A program made the translations under genes and the position numbers. The notes beneath the pieces are model-generated. The model saw nothing but the letters and a program-made list of their open reading frames with translations, was not told the origin of the DNA and ran no database searches. A DNA stretch of 64,000 nt, taken from Mobula hypostoma (taxonomy: Eukaryota). The number at the start of each line of letters is the position of its first letter. Within the stretch, counting starts at the first letter, position 1. Of this stretch, positions 11,840 through 24,715 are shown piece after piece. The stretch covers positions 64,110,001 through 64,174,000 of the forward strand of contig NC_086097.1 of the NCBI RefSeq assembly GCF_963921235.1. The letters are read 5' to 3'.

Positions 11840-13019
11840 CTATAGTGATCAGTAGCACCAACACTAGATAAGCAGCAATTAAACTTCGTATTTCAGCTTT
11901 TTGTTTAGATCTTCCCCCCCTTTCTTATGCCTTGTTAGAGTAATGGAAGTAATACTGGCCCAGAATTTATATTCAGGGTGCATTAGTGGCAGCAGCTTTT
12001 CATTACATTAACATTTATTCTGAGTTTTCAAACTCGAATATACAGATTTAGACCTATATGAACTGAGCAAACAACTGTGTTTCTCCTTACATGAGCAGGT
12101 TGAAGATTCAATGCCACATGTTGAAACTACTTTCTGATACCATAGTTTGTTATGCTGTCTTCAATAGCTGTTCTCTGGGCTTCTGCTGTGTCATATTAAA
12201 AGATTATTTTAAAGATTCCCTCAAGCTCTTCCATCTTAATATCACCCTCTGGCTAGAAATACGAGATACTTTGCAATTGTTCAATCTGTGGATCGCTAGG
12301 TTCATGACCATTACAAATTGCTCCTAGTTTGTAGGTATGTGGTAGAACCTGAGGGGAACTGAGAGGAATGTTGGGAGAGTAAAATGGGATTAGTATAAAT
12401 TAATATTAATGCATTTTTAATGGTTGGCAAGAATTTACCAGCATTCCAATTTATCAGACTGCCAGATGCATCACGATGATACGCCAAATAGGCTACATAT
12501 ATGGCAAATGATAGTGCATGACATCATTGGCACTTAACCAATGAGGACACAGTATGTAATGACCCATTTTAAAGCTGATTTAGTGAACACCTTCATTCCC
12601 GGGACACATTCTGAGTGCAAAGGTGGTACCAGTATATTGCCGTCATGCTCGTCCACAGATCCTAAATAGACTTTGGGACTATTTAGTATCCGTTTTCTAA
12701 ACAGTATAATATCCATGAGAAGGACTGGCTCTTTAACTGATCAGATGTAGGTTCCTCTTAGAGCACACGGAATCAGTCAGAGTAATTACTTCAAGCACAT
12801 GACTGGTTGATTAGCTGTTTGCATGAACAAGCTACTCTAAGGAGCTGTCAATCCCTGATCAATGAACAATGGTTTCAGGGATGCTGCTGTGAAAAGACAT
12901 GAGCATTGGTAGTAAACGCGAAGATTTTCCAGAATCTTGTCCCCCTTCTTGGGCTCCTTCAGAGGGGGCTCCTTCATAATGTTATACACTATAAGGGTTA
13001 TTAACACAAAAACTTCATG

Positions 13020-13290
13020 CCATCTTAAAAGTATTTTCCCCCCAGGCAGTTAATCTGATTAATCATTCTGGATAAACCCCTTCCCACTTCTCTCTAACTA
13101 TTACCTCAGTCACTGCGATCTGTGTTTACATTGCATATACACACTGGGATTTTATTCCTTACCTCTAACCTCCAATTTATCTTTTAAATAATTCCTTATA
13201 ATTGTTGAATGCTGCTATTTTTCTGTTGCAAGTTGCACCCTGACACTGCAGCAAATTCCTACTATATCTGGTGAATAAAATTGATCTCTG
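13020..13290 (+). mobile_element. Rex1/Babar LINE 3' end, degraded
   Basis: cttaaaagtattttccccccaggcagttaatctgattaa (LK.SFFPQAV.LI.-like) followed by a 3'UTR ending aataaa...gatc. Confidence 0.55.
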
Positions 13291-14448
13291 ATTATGGTAA
13301 TTGCACGCACAGCTATGCAGAATTTTGGCCTAGTTTCAAGAATTTTAATGTTGGCTATTTGTGAACGATTCTAGACTTTCTCGGATATTGAATGATGAGT
13401 CAGAATTCCTTCAGCAAATACGTCATGACAATGGGTATGTCCATGGGGGAAAATGACAGCTTTTTAGGGAAATTCAGTCAAAAGTAGTCTTGAGGGTGAA
13501 TTCTGTTTGAAGCTGGCAGTCTCAGAAAAAAAAGAGCAAATTAAAAAAAAAAAGCTCTGGGAAATATTATGGCCTATTTATTACACCACAACACAGACGT
13601 TAAGGTCCCAGGCTGAGCTTTTCATAGCTGACGCTGTCTCGCACCATGTCTCTTGAGTGGGTAGGTCCTAACAAGGAAATAATGACATTTAAAATGAACT
13701 ACTATAGTCTTCCTGTTGGAAGTTTTGTGGTGACTTGGGGCAGTGTTTCACCAAAATGAAACGGCTGTTGATATACCACAATTTCCTGGAAAACCCTCCA
13801 CAGCCTGGCATGTGGGTGAGTGTTCAGAGAGCCAGATTAGGACTAAGGTTTGGCAGGAGAAAGTAAAGTGCATGTAAGGCTTGCTGGTTTAAAGAGGAGC
13901 ATATTCTTATTGCCACATTGGGATCCCTTGAGGTCGTAAGTACTCAGAAAAGCCCTCCGGTTTCATGAAGTGCCTGCTGATCAAAATTACATCCCAAAAG
14001 GGACTAAGACCATGGGATTCCCAACCTGGAGTCCACAGATCGCTCAGTCCATGGCAAAAAAAAGGTTGAACTCCTGTCCTCAAGGTTCTCACATTAACAG
14101 CCACGCATTACAGAACGAGGTTGAGATTAACTGCGCAGGGCAGATTCCTGCAGCAGTGGCCATGAGAAATCAAGGCTCTCATGCTAGGCTATACCTTTCA
14201 CCAATCCTCCAGCTCCATTGATCTCTTTACCTTCACTCACTGGGTGGTGGGGAAGGTCACTTCTGCTACGTGCAGTACAGCCAAACACACAGACACCATT
14301 TTGGTTCTACGCAAGGGCATTCTTCTGCTCATTATGACAGGCATGGTTATGTGACGATGCAGAAAGGGGAGAATTGCAGTGGCTAATTAACCTACCAGCA
14401 GGTCCCTGGAATGTGGGAGAAAACTAGAGCACCAGGAGTAAACTAGAG

Positions 14449-14676
14449 CAGTGGTCCCCAGCCACCAACCCACGGACCGGTACCAGGACGTAAAGCATAC
14501 GCTACCAGGCCGCGAGGAAACGATATGAAATGATAGGAGTCAGCTGCACCTTTCCTCATTCCCTGTCACGCACTGTTGAACTTGGACACCCCCCCCCCCA
14601 CCCGGGTCGGCCGGTCCGCAAGAATATTGTCAATACTAAACCGGTCCGCGGTGCAATAAAGGGTTGGGGACCCCTG
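14449..14676. mobile_element. hAT (Charlie-type) MITE inserted in a V-SINE remnant
   Basis: TIRs cagtggtcccca and tggggacccctg; 8-bp TSD aactagag/aactatag. Confidence 0.85.
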
Positions 14677-14809
14677 AACTATAGCACCAGGAGAAAACCC
14701 ATTCAGTCACAAGAAAAATCTACAGACTCTGCAGATACACGGTCTACAGCACTTTATTCACCCTACATAACTTTAACAAGTTGTCAGTACTTTCTTCTGT
14801 CTCAGGTGG

Positions 14810-14917
14810 GTACTTTCCTACCCACCTGGCTTCACCCATCACCTTCTAGCTTTCCTCCTTCCCCTTCCCCCACCTTTTTGTCTGGCATCATCCCCCTCCC
14901 TTTCCAGTCCTGAAGAA
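14810..14917 (+). mobile_element. Penelope-like 3'UTR fragment ending at the hammerhead core
   Basis: Pyrimidine-rich UTR ending ...tttccagtcCTGAAGAA. Confidence 0.6.
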
Positions 14918-15043
14918 TCAAACTGGGCAAAAAAACATACAGTGAAATGTATCCACAAAATACTCTGCAGATGCTGGGGTCAAAGCAACACACACAACAC
15001 GCTGGAGGAACTCAGCAGGTCGGGCAGCATCCGTGGAAAAGAT

Positions 15044-15081
15044 CGGTCAATGTTTCAGGCCGAGACCCTTCGTCAGGACTG
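15044..15081 (-). ncRNA. Minimal hammerhead ribozyme motif
   Basis: Reverse complement cagtc-CTGACGA-A-GGGTCTCGGCCT-GAAA-CATT-gaccg. The ACGT palindrome is mutated. Confidence 0.65.
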
Positions 15082-15351
15082 AAGATGGAAGGGGCAGAGG
15101 CCCTATAAAGAAGGTGGGGGGAGGGTGGGAAGGAGAAGGCTGGTGGGTTCCAGGTGAAAAACTAGTAAGAGGAAAGATAAAGGGGTGGGGGAGGGGGAAC
15201 AGGGAGGGGATAGTCAGGAAAGGTGAAGAAGGAATAGGGGAAAGCACAATGGGTAGAGGAAGGAGGCAGAACGATGAGGCAAATGATAGGCAGCTGGAGG
15301 AGGGGGCAGAGTGAAACTGGGATGGTGGAAAGGAGGGGGAGGGGGAGGGAA

Positions 15352-15670
15352 TTACCAGAAGTTGGAGAATTCAATGTTCATGCCAAGGGGCTGGAGACTA
15401 CCTAGACGGTATATGAGGTGTTGCTCCTCCAACCTGAGTTTAGCCTCATCATGGCAGTAGAGAAGGCCATGTATGGACATATCCAAATAGGAAGCAGAGT
15501 TAAAGGGGGTGGCAACTGGGAGATCCTGTCTGTTGTGGCGGACGGAGTGGAGGTGCTCAACGAAGCGGTCCCCCAATCTGCGTCGGGTTTCACCGATGTA
15601 GAAGATGCCGCACCGGGAGCACCGGATGCAATAGATGACCCCAACAGACTCACAAGCGAAGTGTTGTCTC
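15352..15670 (-). CDS. GIY-YIG endonuclease domain of a Penelope-like element (partial ORF)
   Basis: F.CES.GVIYCIRCSRCGIFYIGETRRRLGDRFVEH...PVAT.FN...EQHLIYRLGSLQPLGMN. It has the VIY/YIG motifs, CxxC, and conserved R, E and N typical of PLE endonucleases. Confidence 0.9.
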
Positions 15671-15829
15671 AATGTGTCGACTGCATCAGTGACCAACACA
15701 ATCCTAGCATGTGTTGGGGGCAGTCTACAAGTGTCGCCATGCTTCCAGTGCCAACTTAGTATGCCCACAACTTACTGACCCATTACGCCTTTGGAATGTA
15801 GGGGGAAACTGGAGGATCTGGAGGAAAAA

Positions 15830-17085
15830 AGAAAGAAATAGTAATAATACATAAATAAGCAATAAATATTGAGAACACAAGATGAAGAGTCCCTGAAAGT
15901 GAGTCCATTGGTTGTAGGAAGATTTCAGTGATGAGGCAAGTGAAATTAAGTGAAGTTATCACCTTTGGTTCAAGAGCTGATGGTTGAGGTTTAATAACTG
16001 TTCCTGAACCTGGTGGTGCAAGACCTGAGACTACTGTCCCTTCTTCCTGATGGGAACAGCGAGAAGAGAGCATCATCAGGCAAGGTTCTTCCGTGACACC
16101 TTCCCTCCTGACCAGGTGAAAGTGGAGCGTTGAATGTAACATTACAGGCCTTTTGGCCCACAATGTTGTGCCACATTCTAACCTGGTCTAAGATCAATCT
16201 AACCCTTCCCTCAAAGTCCAAAGTAAATTTATTATCAAAGTGCATATACGTCAGCATATACAACCCTGAGATTCATTTTCTTGCAGGCATTCACAGTAAA
16301 TGCAAATAAGAAACAATAGAATCAATGAAAAGCTACACACAAAGATGGAGACACAATTAATGTGCAAAAGACAACTTGTGCAATTACAAACAGAAAAACA
16401 AAATAGTAATAATAGATAAATAAGTAATAAATAACATCGAGAATGTGAGCTGCAGAGTCCTTGAAAGTGGGTCCATAGGTTGTGGAGTCAGCTCATTGTT
16501 GGGGTGAGCCAAGCTGTCCACTCTGGTTCAGGAGCCTGCTGGCTGAAGAGTAATAACTGTTTCTGAATCTGGTGGTGCAGGACCTAAAGCTCCTGGACCG
16601 CCTTCCTGATGGCAACAGCGAGGAGAGTGCACGGCCTGGATAGCTGAGGGTCCTTGATAATGGATGCTGCTTTTCTGCAACAGCGCTCCTTGTAAATGTG
16701 CTCAATGCTGGGGTGGGCTTTTCCAGGGTTGAGCTGGGTTGCATCCAGTACTTCTCGTAGGTTTTTCTGTTCAAGGGCAATGATATTTCCATACCAGGCT
16801 ATGATGTAACCAGTTGGTATATTTTCCACTGTGCAGCTATGGAAGTTTGTCAAAGTTTTAGAACTTGCTGAGGCTTCACAAACTTCTAGAAAAGCCGAGG
16901 CAACGCCGTGCCTTCTTTGTAATGGTGGTTACTTGCTGGACCCAGGATAGATCCTTTCAAATGATAACACTGAGGAATTAAACTTACTGAGCCTCTTTAC
17001 CTCTGATCCCCGATGAGAACAGGCTCACGGACTTCTGGTATCCTCCTCCTGTAGTCAAAAATCAGCTCTTTGGTTTTGCAGACTT
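15830..17085 (-). mobile_element. Two or more Rex1/Babar LINE 3' fragments
   Basis: Translations ALFSLFPSGRR.SSLRSCTTRFRNSY and ITAWYG...KAASIIKDP, typical of the Rex1-clade C-terminus. Confidence 0.85.
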
Positions 17086-18819
17086 AGCCCTCCTACATAC
17101 CCCTCCGTTTTTCTATCATCCCATGTGCCTATCCTGGGGTTTATTAAATGCCTCTAATGTACCTGCCTTTACCACCACCCCGGCAGCACAATCCAATCCA
17201 CACACTCACCACTCTCTGTGTGAAAAACTCACCTCTGACATCCCCCCTGTACTTTCCTCTAATCATCTTAAAATTAGGCCCTTTTAGGGCGACCCTGGAA
17301 TTGCCTGCTTTTATACAAAGACTCTCAAAGGGATGCAGAGGAACTTTCTGAGATAATCTGAAACATCAGTGGCAGAAGGTGGAACATGCAGATGTTCCTG
17401 AATTGCTGATTGATTCTTTAGAAACGTCTGCAGTGGCATCGTTTTCTTTTTAGCTGATGCAGTTTCCACAGATCTCTTGTTTCTCAGCTCTCTGCTCTAT
17501 TTTTGTCCTGTGCTTGTCAAACAGGAGACATGCACTGACCATACTCAATGGTTTTCTTTATCTTTAATTTCACAAAGCACTTGTTTCATAAAATTAAAGA
17601 TAATGAAAACCAGAACTGAATAGATATCTTGACCCCTTCAGTATTTCAGTAACTGCATCTGCAGTACGTTCTGTACAGGAAATGGCTGCTTGCCTCAGTC
17701 TATATGTTTATTTCTAAAGAGGTGGAGCAATTTTGACAAACACAGCCTGATTGAGCTCTCGATTTAATGGCTGGGTAACATAAGAAGTGGGGTCTCGCAG
17801 TCCCTAGGCAGCAGAATAGAATCCTTATCCTTATGCAAATGCACTTCCAGCTTCCCCAATGAATATTATAGATTATTCACAATTATAGAGCCTTCTATCT
17901 GATTGGTAAGAAGTAGGATATTGCACCTATAGAGTTATACAGGTTTACAGCACAGACGAAAGTCATCTCACTCTAGTGTCCACACTGGTCAAAATAATGG
18001 ACTTTAGCTTTCTGCATAATATCGGTTCTTGATTCCCCCAACCCTGTGAAACCAGTGCTCATCTGGGTACTTTTTTGAAGATCTTGAGGAGAGTTTCGAC
18101 ATCTACCAAGATTTCAGGCAGTGAATGCTTGACACATTCCAATTTTTTTCAATTCCCCAGTAACCCTCTATGAATATCTTTCCAACCAATAAGTGAGTGA
18201 ATTCCGTCATCTTGTACTTCAGGGATGACGTGGAGGTGGCGAGCTTTTCTTGAAGGGGGATTTGAGCTGGGGTTACAGGACTTTTCTGACCTACATCCTT
18301 CTACATGCAAATTCAGCTCATTGAATTTATAGAGCAGTTAAAGCTTCTCAGACAGACCCTAAATAATGAAAAGTGAAACTGCCATAGGGATTAGTGGAGG
18401 GGAGGGGATTTTTGGCAGCCATGTAACCAATAAATAACTTTGGAAGTGGCATGTTCAATTGAAATGTTGATTTAGCCCATGTTTATGGGAGCAACCTGTC
18501 TCAGTGAGGGAGCAGACAAGAGAGTCAGCAGATGCTGGAGCTAAAAGCAGCGCAGCAAGCAGCGTCCGTGGAGGCAAAGGAACAGGCAATGTTCCTGCCG
18601 AGACCCTCCCTCATCAGCCTGAAACACTAAGCAACCCTTTGCCCCCAGGGGCAGGGAGCTCTTGGTCAGGCACCTTCTAAGGGTACCGCAGATCCGCAGG
18701 GCCGGCAGAGATACAAGCGCTGCTGTGGGTCACTCCGCAACAGATCTCCTCCACAAGCCTTTGAGAATGTTCTTTGGTGGCCGCAAACAATCGCCATGGT
18801 TAGCCAGAGCACTGTGGCA

Positions 18820-19105
18820 CACCCAGGGGAGATAGTGCCTCAGAGTTTGAATGATTAGGGTTTAGTCCTGACCTCTGCTGCTGTCTGTGTGGCGTTGGCA
18901 TGTTCCGCTTGGGTTTCCTTTCAAAAGCGTGAGGGTGAGGGCTAGTACAATAACTAGCCATTCTGAATTGTTTCTGGTGTGTGGGCAAGTGGTGAATCTG
19001 AATGCAGGGTAAAAGGTTACAGGGAATATTAGTGGAGAAATGTGATTGCTCTGTGAGACAATATAGACATAAAAGGCTGAAATGATCTCTTTCTGTATCT
19101 TAAGG
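18820..19105 (+). mobile_element. Degraded tRNA-derived V-domain SINE (HE1-like)
   Basis: ctgtctgtgtggcgttggcatgttcc...gggtttcc central motif and a CR1-like tail. Confidence 0.5.
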
Positions 19106-19522
19106 AATATCAAAATAAAAATGAGGTCTCCATGCTATCAGAGCCCTTAAGCATTGCACTCAGAATGATCCATCTGAGCAGCACCTGAGGGCTGTGCTTA
19201 GAACTGATCCTGTGCCATTTCCTGGCATTACTGGGGATTCCAGCCCTGAGAAGCAGTTCTGGAGGTGTGCTGTGGTCTAGCCACATGAAGTCTGAACTTA
19301 CTGTCTTTGCTTTATAAAGGCTAATATTTCAATATTTTTCTCATGATTTTGGATCCACAGGTGTTATCAGAACATTTACAGCAAGTTTCGGGAACTAGGC
19401 TGAGGGACTCAGAGTGGAGGAATGAGCTGTTGATGAGAAATGATGAGGGTAGCAGAAACTGATTCCCCTGCACCCCCCCCCCAGTAACCCAGGGTAACTC
19501 ACTGAACTTGAACTGATGATTG

Positions 19523-21150
19523 GTAATTGGAAGTGGTGTTAGGTAAATTGAAGGGATTGAAGGCAGATAAATCCCCAGGGCCAGATGGTCTGCATCCCAG
19601 AGTGCTTAAGGAAGTGGCCCAAGAAATAGTGGATGCATTAGTGATAATTTTTCAAAACTCGTTAGATTCCGGACTAGTTCCTGAGGATTGGAGGGTGGCT
19701 AATGTAACCCCACTTTTTAAAAAAGGAGGGAGAGAGAAACCGGGGAATTATAGGCCGGTTAGCCTAACGTCGGTGGTGGGGAAACTGCTGGAGTCAGTTA
19801 TCAAGGATGTGATAACAGCACATTTGGAAAGCGGTGAAATGATCGGACAAAGTCAGCATGGATTTGTGAAAGGAAAATCATGTCTGACGAATCTCATAGA
19901 ATTTTTTGAGGATGTAACTAGTAGAGTGGATAGGGGAGAACCAGTGGATGTGGTATATTTGGATTTTCAAAAGGCTTTTGACAAGGTCCCACATAGGAGA
20001 TTAGTGTGCAAACTTAAAGCACACGGTATTGGGGGTAAGGTATTGGTGTGGGTGGAGAATTGGTTAGCAGACAGGAAGCAAAGAGTGGGAATAAACGGGA
20101 CCTTTTCAGAATGGCAGGCGGTGACTAGTGGGGTACCGCAAGGCTCAGTGCTGGGACCCCAGTTGTTTACAATATATATTAATGACTTGGATGAGGGAAT
20201 TAAATGCAGCATCTCCAAGTTTGCGGATGACACGAAGCTGGGTGGCAGTGTTAGCAGTGAGGAGGATGCTAAGAGGATGCAGGGTGACTTGGATAGGTTG
20301 GGTGAGTGGGCAAACTCATGGCAGATGCAATTTAATGTGGATAAATGTGAAGTTATCCACTTTGGTGGCAAAAATAGGAAAACAGATTATTATCTGAATG
20401 GTGGCCGATTAGGAAAAGGGGAGGTGCAACGAGACCTGGGTGTCATTATACACCAGTCATTGAAAGTGGGCATGCAGGTACAGCAGGCGGTGAAAAAGGC
20501 GAACGGTATGCTGGCATTTATAGCGAGAGGATTCGAGTACAGGAGCAGGGAGGTACTACTGCAGTTGTACAAGGCCTTGGTGAGACCACACCTGGAGTAT
20601 TGTGTGCAGTTTTGGTCCCCTAATCTGAGGAAAGACATCTTTGCCATAGAGGGAGTACAAAGAAGGTTCACCAGATTGATTCCTGGGATGGCAGGTCTTT
20701 CATATGAAGAAAGACTGGATGAACTGGGCTTGTACTCGTTGGAATTTAGAAGATTGAGGGGGGATCTGATTGAAACGTATAAGATCCTAAAGGGATTGGA
20801 CAGGCTAGATGCAGGAAGATTGTTCCCGATGTTGGGGAGGTCTAGAACGAGGGGTCACAGTTTGAGGATAGAGGGGAAGCCTTTTAGGACCGAGGTTAGG
20901 AAAAACTTCTTCACACAGAGAGTGGTGAATCTGTGGAATTCTCTGCCACAGTAAACTGTTGAGGCCAGTTCATTAGCTATGTTTAAAAGGAAGTTAGATA
21001 TGGCCCTTGTGGCTACAGGGGTCAGGGGGTATGGAGGGAAGGCTGGGTTCTGAGTTGGATGATCAGCCATGATCATAATAAATGGCGGTGCAGGCTCGAA
21101 GGGCCGAATGGCCTACTCCTGCACCTATTTTCTATGTTTCTATGTTTCTA
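19523..21150 (+). mobile_element. Young CR1 LINE, 5'-truncated, with complete RT domain
   Basis: Long intact ORF, 3'UTR gaagggccgaatggcctactcc and (tatgtttc)n tail. Confidence 0.96.
19527..20954 (+). CDS. CR1 ORF2 reverse transcriptase (partial, 475 aa)
   Basis: KSPGPDG, NYRPVSLTS, YLDFQKAFDKV, GVPQGSVLGP and KFADDTK motifs. The stop at 20952 appears premature, since the frame continues CR1-like to 21053. Confidence 0.93.
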   Translation: MEVVLGKLKGLKADKSPGPDGLHPRVLKEVAQEIVDALVIIFQNSLDSGLVPEDWRVANVTPLFKKGGREKPGNYRPVSLTSVVGKLLESVIKDVITAHLESGEMIGQSQHGFVKGKSCLTNLIEFFEDVTSRVDRGEPVDVVYLDFQKAFDKVPHRRLVCKLKAHGIGGKVLVWVENWLADRKQRVGINGTFSEWQAVTSGVPQGSVLGPQLFTIYINDLDEGIKCSISKFADDTKLGGSVSSEEDAKRMQGDLDRLGEWANSWQMQFNVDKCEVIHFGGKNRKTDYYLNGGRLGKGEVQRDLGVIIHQSLKVGMQVQQAVKKANGMLAFIARGFEYRSREVLLQLYKALVRPHLEYCVQFWSPNLRKDIFAIEGVQRRFTRLIPGMAGLSYEERLDELGLYSLEFRRLRGDLIETYKILKGLDRLDAGRLFPMLGRSRTRGHSLRIEGKPFRTEVRKNFFTQRVVNLWNSLPQ

Positions 21151-22099
21151 AAACTATTCACTCTCAGATTTCGCCTCTGACCAATATCTCACTGATGACT
21201 ACAGTTTTTGAAATGATTACTAACAGATACCCTGGCATCTGAACAGCATTATAATTTTATAAATTGCAGGTGGCCTGATGGTTGTGTCTGTACTTGCCTG
21301 GTTTCATTGTAGTTGTAGCATATGTAAATAGGTCTGACGTCACTGCAAGACTTTCCTGATCTGCGAGTGTTGCTGCGTCCGTGTGCACACTCTGAGAGAA
21401 ACCTCCAATAAACCAGCCAGGCCTTTCAGGTGTCTTTGTGCTCCCACACGTTATTCTGCACATTCTACAAGGCACTTTCCTGTTGATAGGGAACCCAGAG
21501 GGACATGTATACTGTACTGGTGAGGACAAGAAGGGGAAGAACTGAAGGGGTCTGAAGTAAAGAATTAGTTGAATACACTGAGTGATATTAATGGTGGGGT
21601 GAGACTGAGATCTTGTAGCTAGTCCCATTAACTTCAGGGACAGAACATTTCAGATTTGAGGCAGGAACAATAAAGTGAACTGCATGCTGTCTTATGGAAG
21701 TTAATGCTCAGTATATTGAGCTGAACATCAGCACAGCTGCTGACTGCTTGACTGTGGTCAGAAGTGTAAATTGTTAAACTAACTTGGTAAGTTGGTTTAT
21801 TATTGTTACACATTCTGAGGTATAGTAAAAAGAACTCTTTTTGCATGCCATCCAAACAAATCATTTGACCACATCAGTACATTGGTTTGTACAAGGGAAT
21901 GCAGAATAAAGTGCTACCATTACAAAGAAGGTAAGAGAGGCAGACAATAAGCTGCAAAGCTGAGAGAAAGTGCAGTGGAGGCAGACAATTAAGTCGAAGG
22001 CCATCCCACAACGTGTACACCAAGGAGCTCAACAAATTGCTATTAACAAAAACGATGTTGAACCTGAAGACACTGAAACTCCAGGTCAGATCCAAAGAC

Positions 22100-23072
22100 C
22101 ATTGAAGAATTTTTTGAAGGAATAACAAGCAGGATAGACAAAGAAGAATTGGTGGATGTTGTGTACTTGGATTTTCAGAAGGCCTTTTACAAAGTGCCAC
22201 ATGTGAGGCTGCTTAACAAGCCTGGAGCCCATGGAATTACAGGAAAGAGACTAACATAGATAAAGCAGTGGCTAATTGGCAGGAGGCATGGAGTGGGAAT
22301 AAAGGGGGCCTTTTCTGGTTGGCTGTCAATGACTAGGGCTGTTCAAAATTCAAAAAATCCAAGCCACAAGTTGACTAGGGAGTCCTCGTGTAGGATTCCT
22401 TGAAGGTCAATTTGAAGCTTGAGTCGATGGAGAGGAAAGCAAATGCAATGTTAGCATTAATTTCAAGATGACTAGAATATAAAGCCAAGGATGTAATGTA
22501 GAAGCTTTATAAAGCACTGGCAAGGCCTCATTTGAAGTATTGTGAGCAGTTTTGGACCCATGATGTTCTAACATTGGAGAGGGTTCAGAGAAGGTTCATG
22601 AGAATGATTCCAGGAACGAAAAGGTTACCATATGAGAACCAGTTAATGGCTCTGGGCCTGTACTCACTGGATTTCAGAAGAATGAAGGAGGACCTCATTG
22701 AAATCTATCGAATGTTGAAAGGCCCTGGTAGAGTGGATATTGAGAGGATTTTCCTTATAGTGGGGAGTCTAGTACCAGAGGGCACTGGCTCAGAATAGAG
22801 GGACGTCCAATTCAAATGGAGATGAGGATGAATTTCTTTAGCCAGAAAAGGGTGGATCTGTGGAATTCATTGCCACAGGTGACTGTGAAGGCCAAGTCAT
22901 TGGGTGTATTTAAGGCAGAGATTGATAGATTCTTGATTAATCAGGGCATGAAGGGTAACAGGGAGGAGGCAGGACATTGCAACTGAGAGGGAAAGGATCA
23001 TCCATGATGAAATGGTGTAGATCTGATGGGCCAAATGGCCTAATTCTGCTCCTTTATCCTATGGTCTTATGG
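22100..23072 (+). mobile_element. Degraded CR1 LINE with internal deletions
   Basis: DVVYLDFQKA-like and ERVQRRFMRMIPG segments, CR1 3'UTR and (tatggtct) tail. Confidence 0.85.
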
Positions 23073-23329
23073 ATACTTCCTCATAATGATCAGAAAAATG
23101 AAGCTCCTAATCGCACGATATGAGATCAAATCAGTCAGTTTGTTTTTGGCTTAATGAATTAAAAGTGAATTAGAAAATCTATTTAGTGTGCGGGGGGGGG
23201 GGTCCACAACCACATCTGGGTAAGCTTCCTAAAAAGAATGTGGATGTGTTCAACGATATGAATATCAGCACCAGCAAAGAAAAAACAGGTGGTATACACC
23301 TGTTGTAATCATAATCCTCCTGGAGAAAT

Positions 23330-23680
23330 TAGAGATTAGCTTTGCTTGTCACGTGTACATCAAAACATACAGTGAAATGCTTTATTTACGTTAATGAGTA
23401 ACACAGCCGGGGATGTGCTGGGGCTGGCCCACAAGTGTCACTACACTTCCGGCATAAGGGCAGCTTGGGCACAGCTTGCTCACCCTAACCTGTAGGTAGT
23501 TTGAAATGCAGAAGGAAACTGGAGCAGCTGAAGGAAATCTGCGCATTTATGGGGAGGGAAGTGCAAACTCCTTGCAGACAGAGGTGGGAATTGAACCCTG
23601 ATCTTCTGATCTCTGGCACTGTAAAGTGTGACACAAACTGCCACATTACTGCACTAAACTGCTACGCCAAGTTTACTCCT
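23330..23680 (-). mobile_element. V-domain SINE with Rex1-type tail
   Basis: Reverse complement is colinear with the SINE at 46662-46965. Confidence 0.65.
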
Positions 23681-24199
23681 CGCTATTGACATGCTGAAGT
23701 TCTCTTGTGATACTTCCAATTATCTTGGCCAGTCATCAGCTATATTAAAAATGTATTTGTTATAATCATTATTTTGCCGTACTCATTTCAGTATCTGAGC
23801 ATCACTAACATGACCAGCATGGGTACAGCCCATCCCTAATTGACTTTGCGATGGTCGTGTTGAGCCATTGCCTTGAATTGCTGCAGCCCTTCTAAAGGAG
23901 GCACTCTCCCAATATTGTCAGATAGGGAGCACCACAATTTCACAATGAAGGTACATTTTCTGAGTATACTTCCAAGTCTCTTCAAACCAAGAGGAATCTG
24001 CAGATTGGGGCATTCCCTTGCCTCTGCTGTCCTGGTCCTCACCAGCTGCAGATGTTTCATGGTTTAGCGGGTGCTGTCTTGAGTAGCCTGGGCAAATAAC
24101 TTCACTTCATCCACTTTGGACCTGTGATGGAGACAATAACAGTTGAAAGGTGATTGACGAAGTGCAAATTAAGTCATTAGGAGTTTTAAAAAATTTATC

Positions 24200-24505
24200 T
24201 ATGTCTATCTATCTATCTATTAATTCATTGAAATACAGTGCAGAATAGGCCCTTCCAGCTCTTCGAGCCATGCTGCCCAGCAATGTCCTGATTTAATCCT
24301 AGCCTAATTACAGGTCAAGTTACAATGACCAATTGACCTACCAACTGGTGTACCTTTGGGCTGCCGGAGGAAATCGGAGCACCTGGAGCAAACTCATGTG
24401 GTAATGGGGAGAATGTACAATCTCCTTAGAGGCAGTGGCGGGAATCGAACCTCGGTTGCCTGTACTGTAAAACATTGTGCTAACCATTACGCTACCATGC
24501 TGCCC
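24200..24505 (-). mobile_element. tRNA-derived V-domain SINE (HE1-like)
   Basis: Reverse complement gggcagcatggtagcgtaatggttagc (A box)...ggttcgattccc (B box)...ggtgctccgatttcctcc. Confidence 0.75.
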
Positions 24506-24715
24506 CTTTTTGGCACTGTTTTCATACAAGTGGAGAGTATTCCCAAACATTCCTGATTTGTACCTAGCAGGTGGTAGAAAGTTTTTGGAATGCTGAGACT
24601 TGTTAAGCCTCTAACTAACATCTGTAGCCACAGTATTTGTGTGGCTGGTCCAGTTGAGTTTTCATCAATGCTGATCCTTTGATTTGATGGTAGAGAACTC
24701 GTCAGTGTTTTACCA

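Larger units (their letters stand above)
14951..15670 (-). mobile_element. Penelope-like element, 5'-truncated (GIY-YIG + UTR + pLTR + tail)
   Basis: GIY-YIG coding sequence, hammerhead motif at 15044-15081, TSD aatgt at 14946-14950 and 15671-15675 inside a SINE remnant. Confidence 0.9.
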
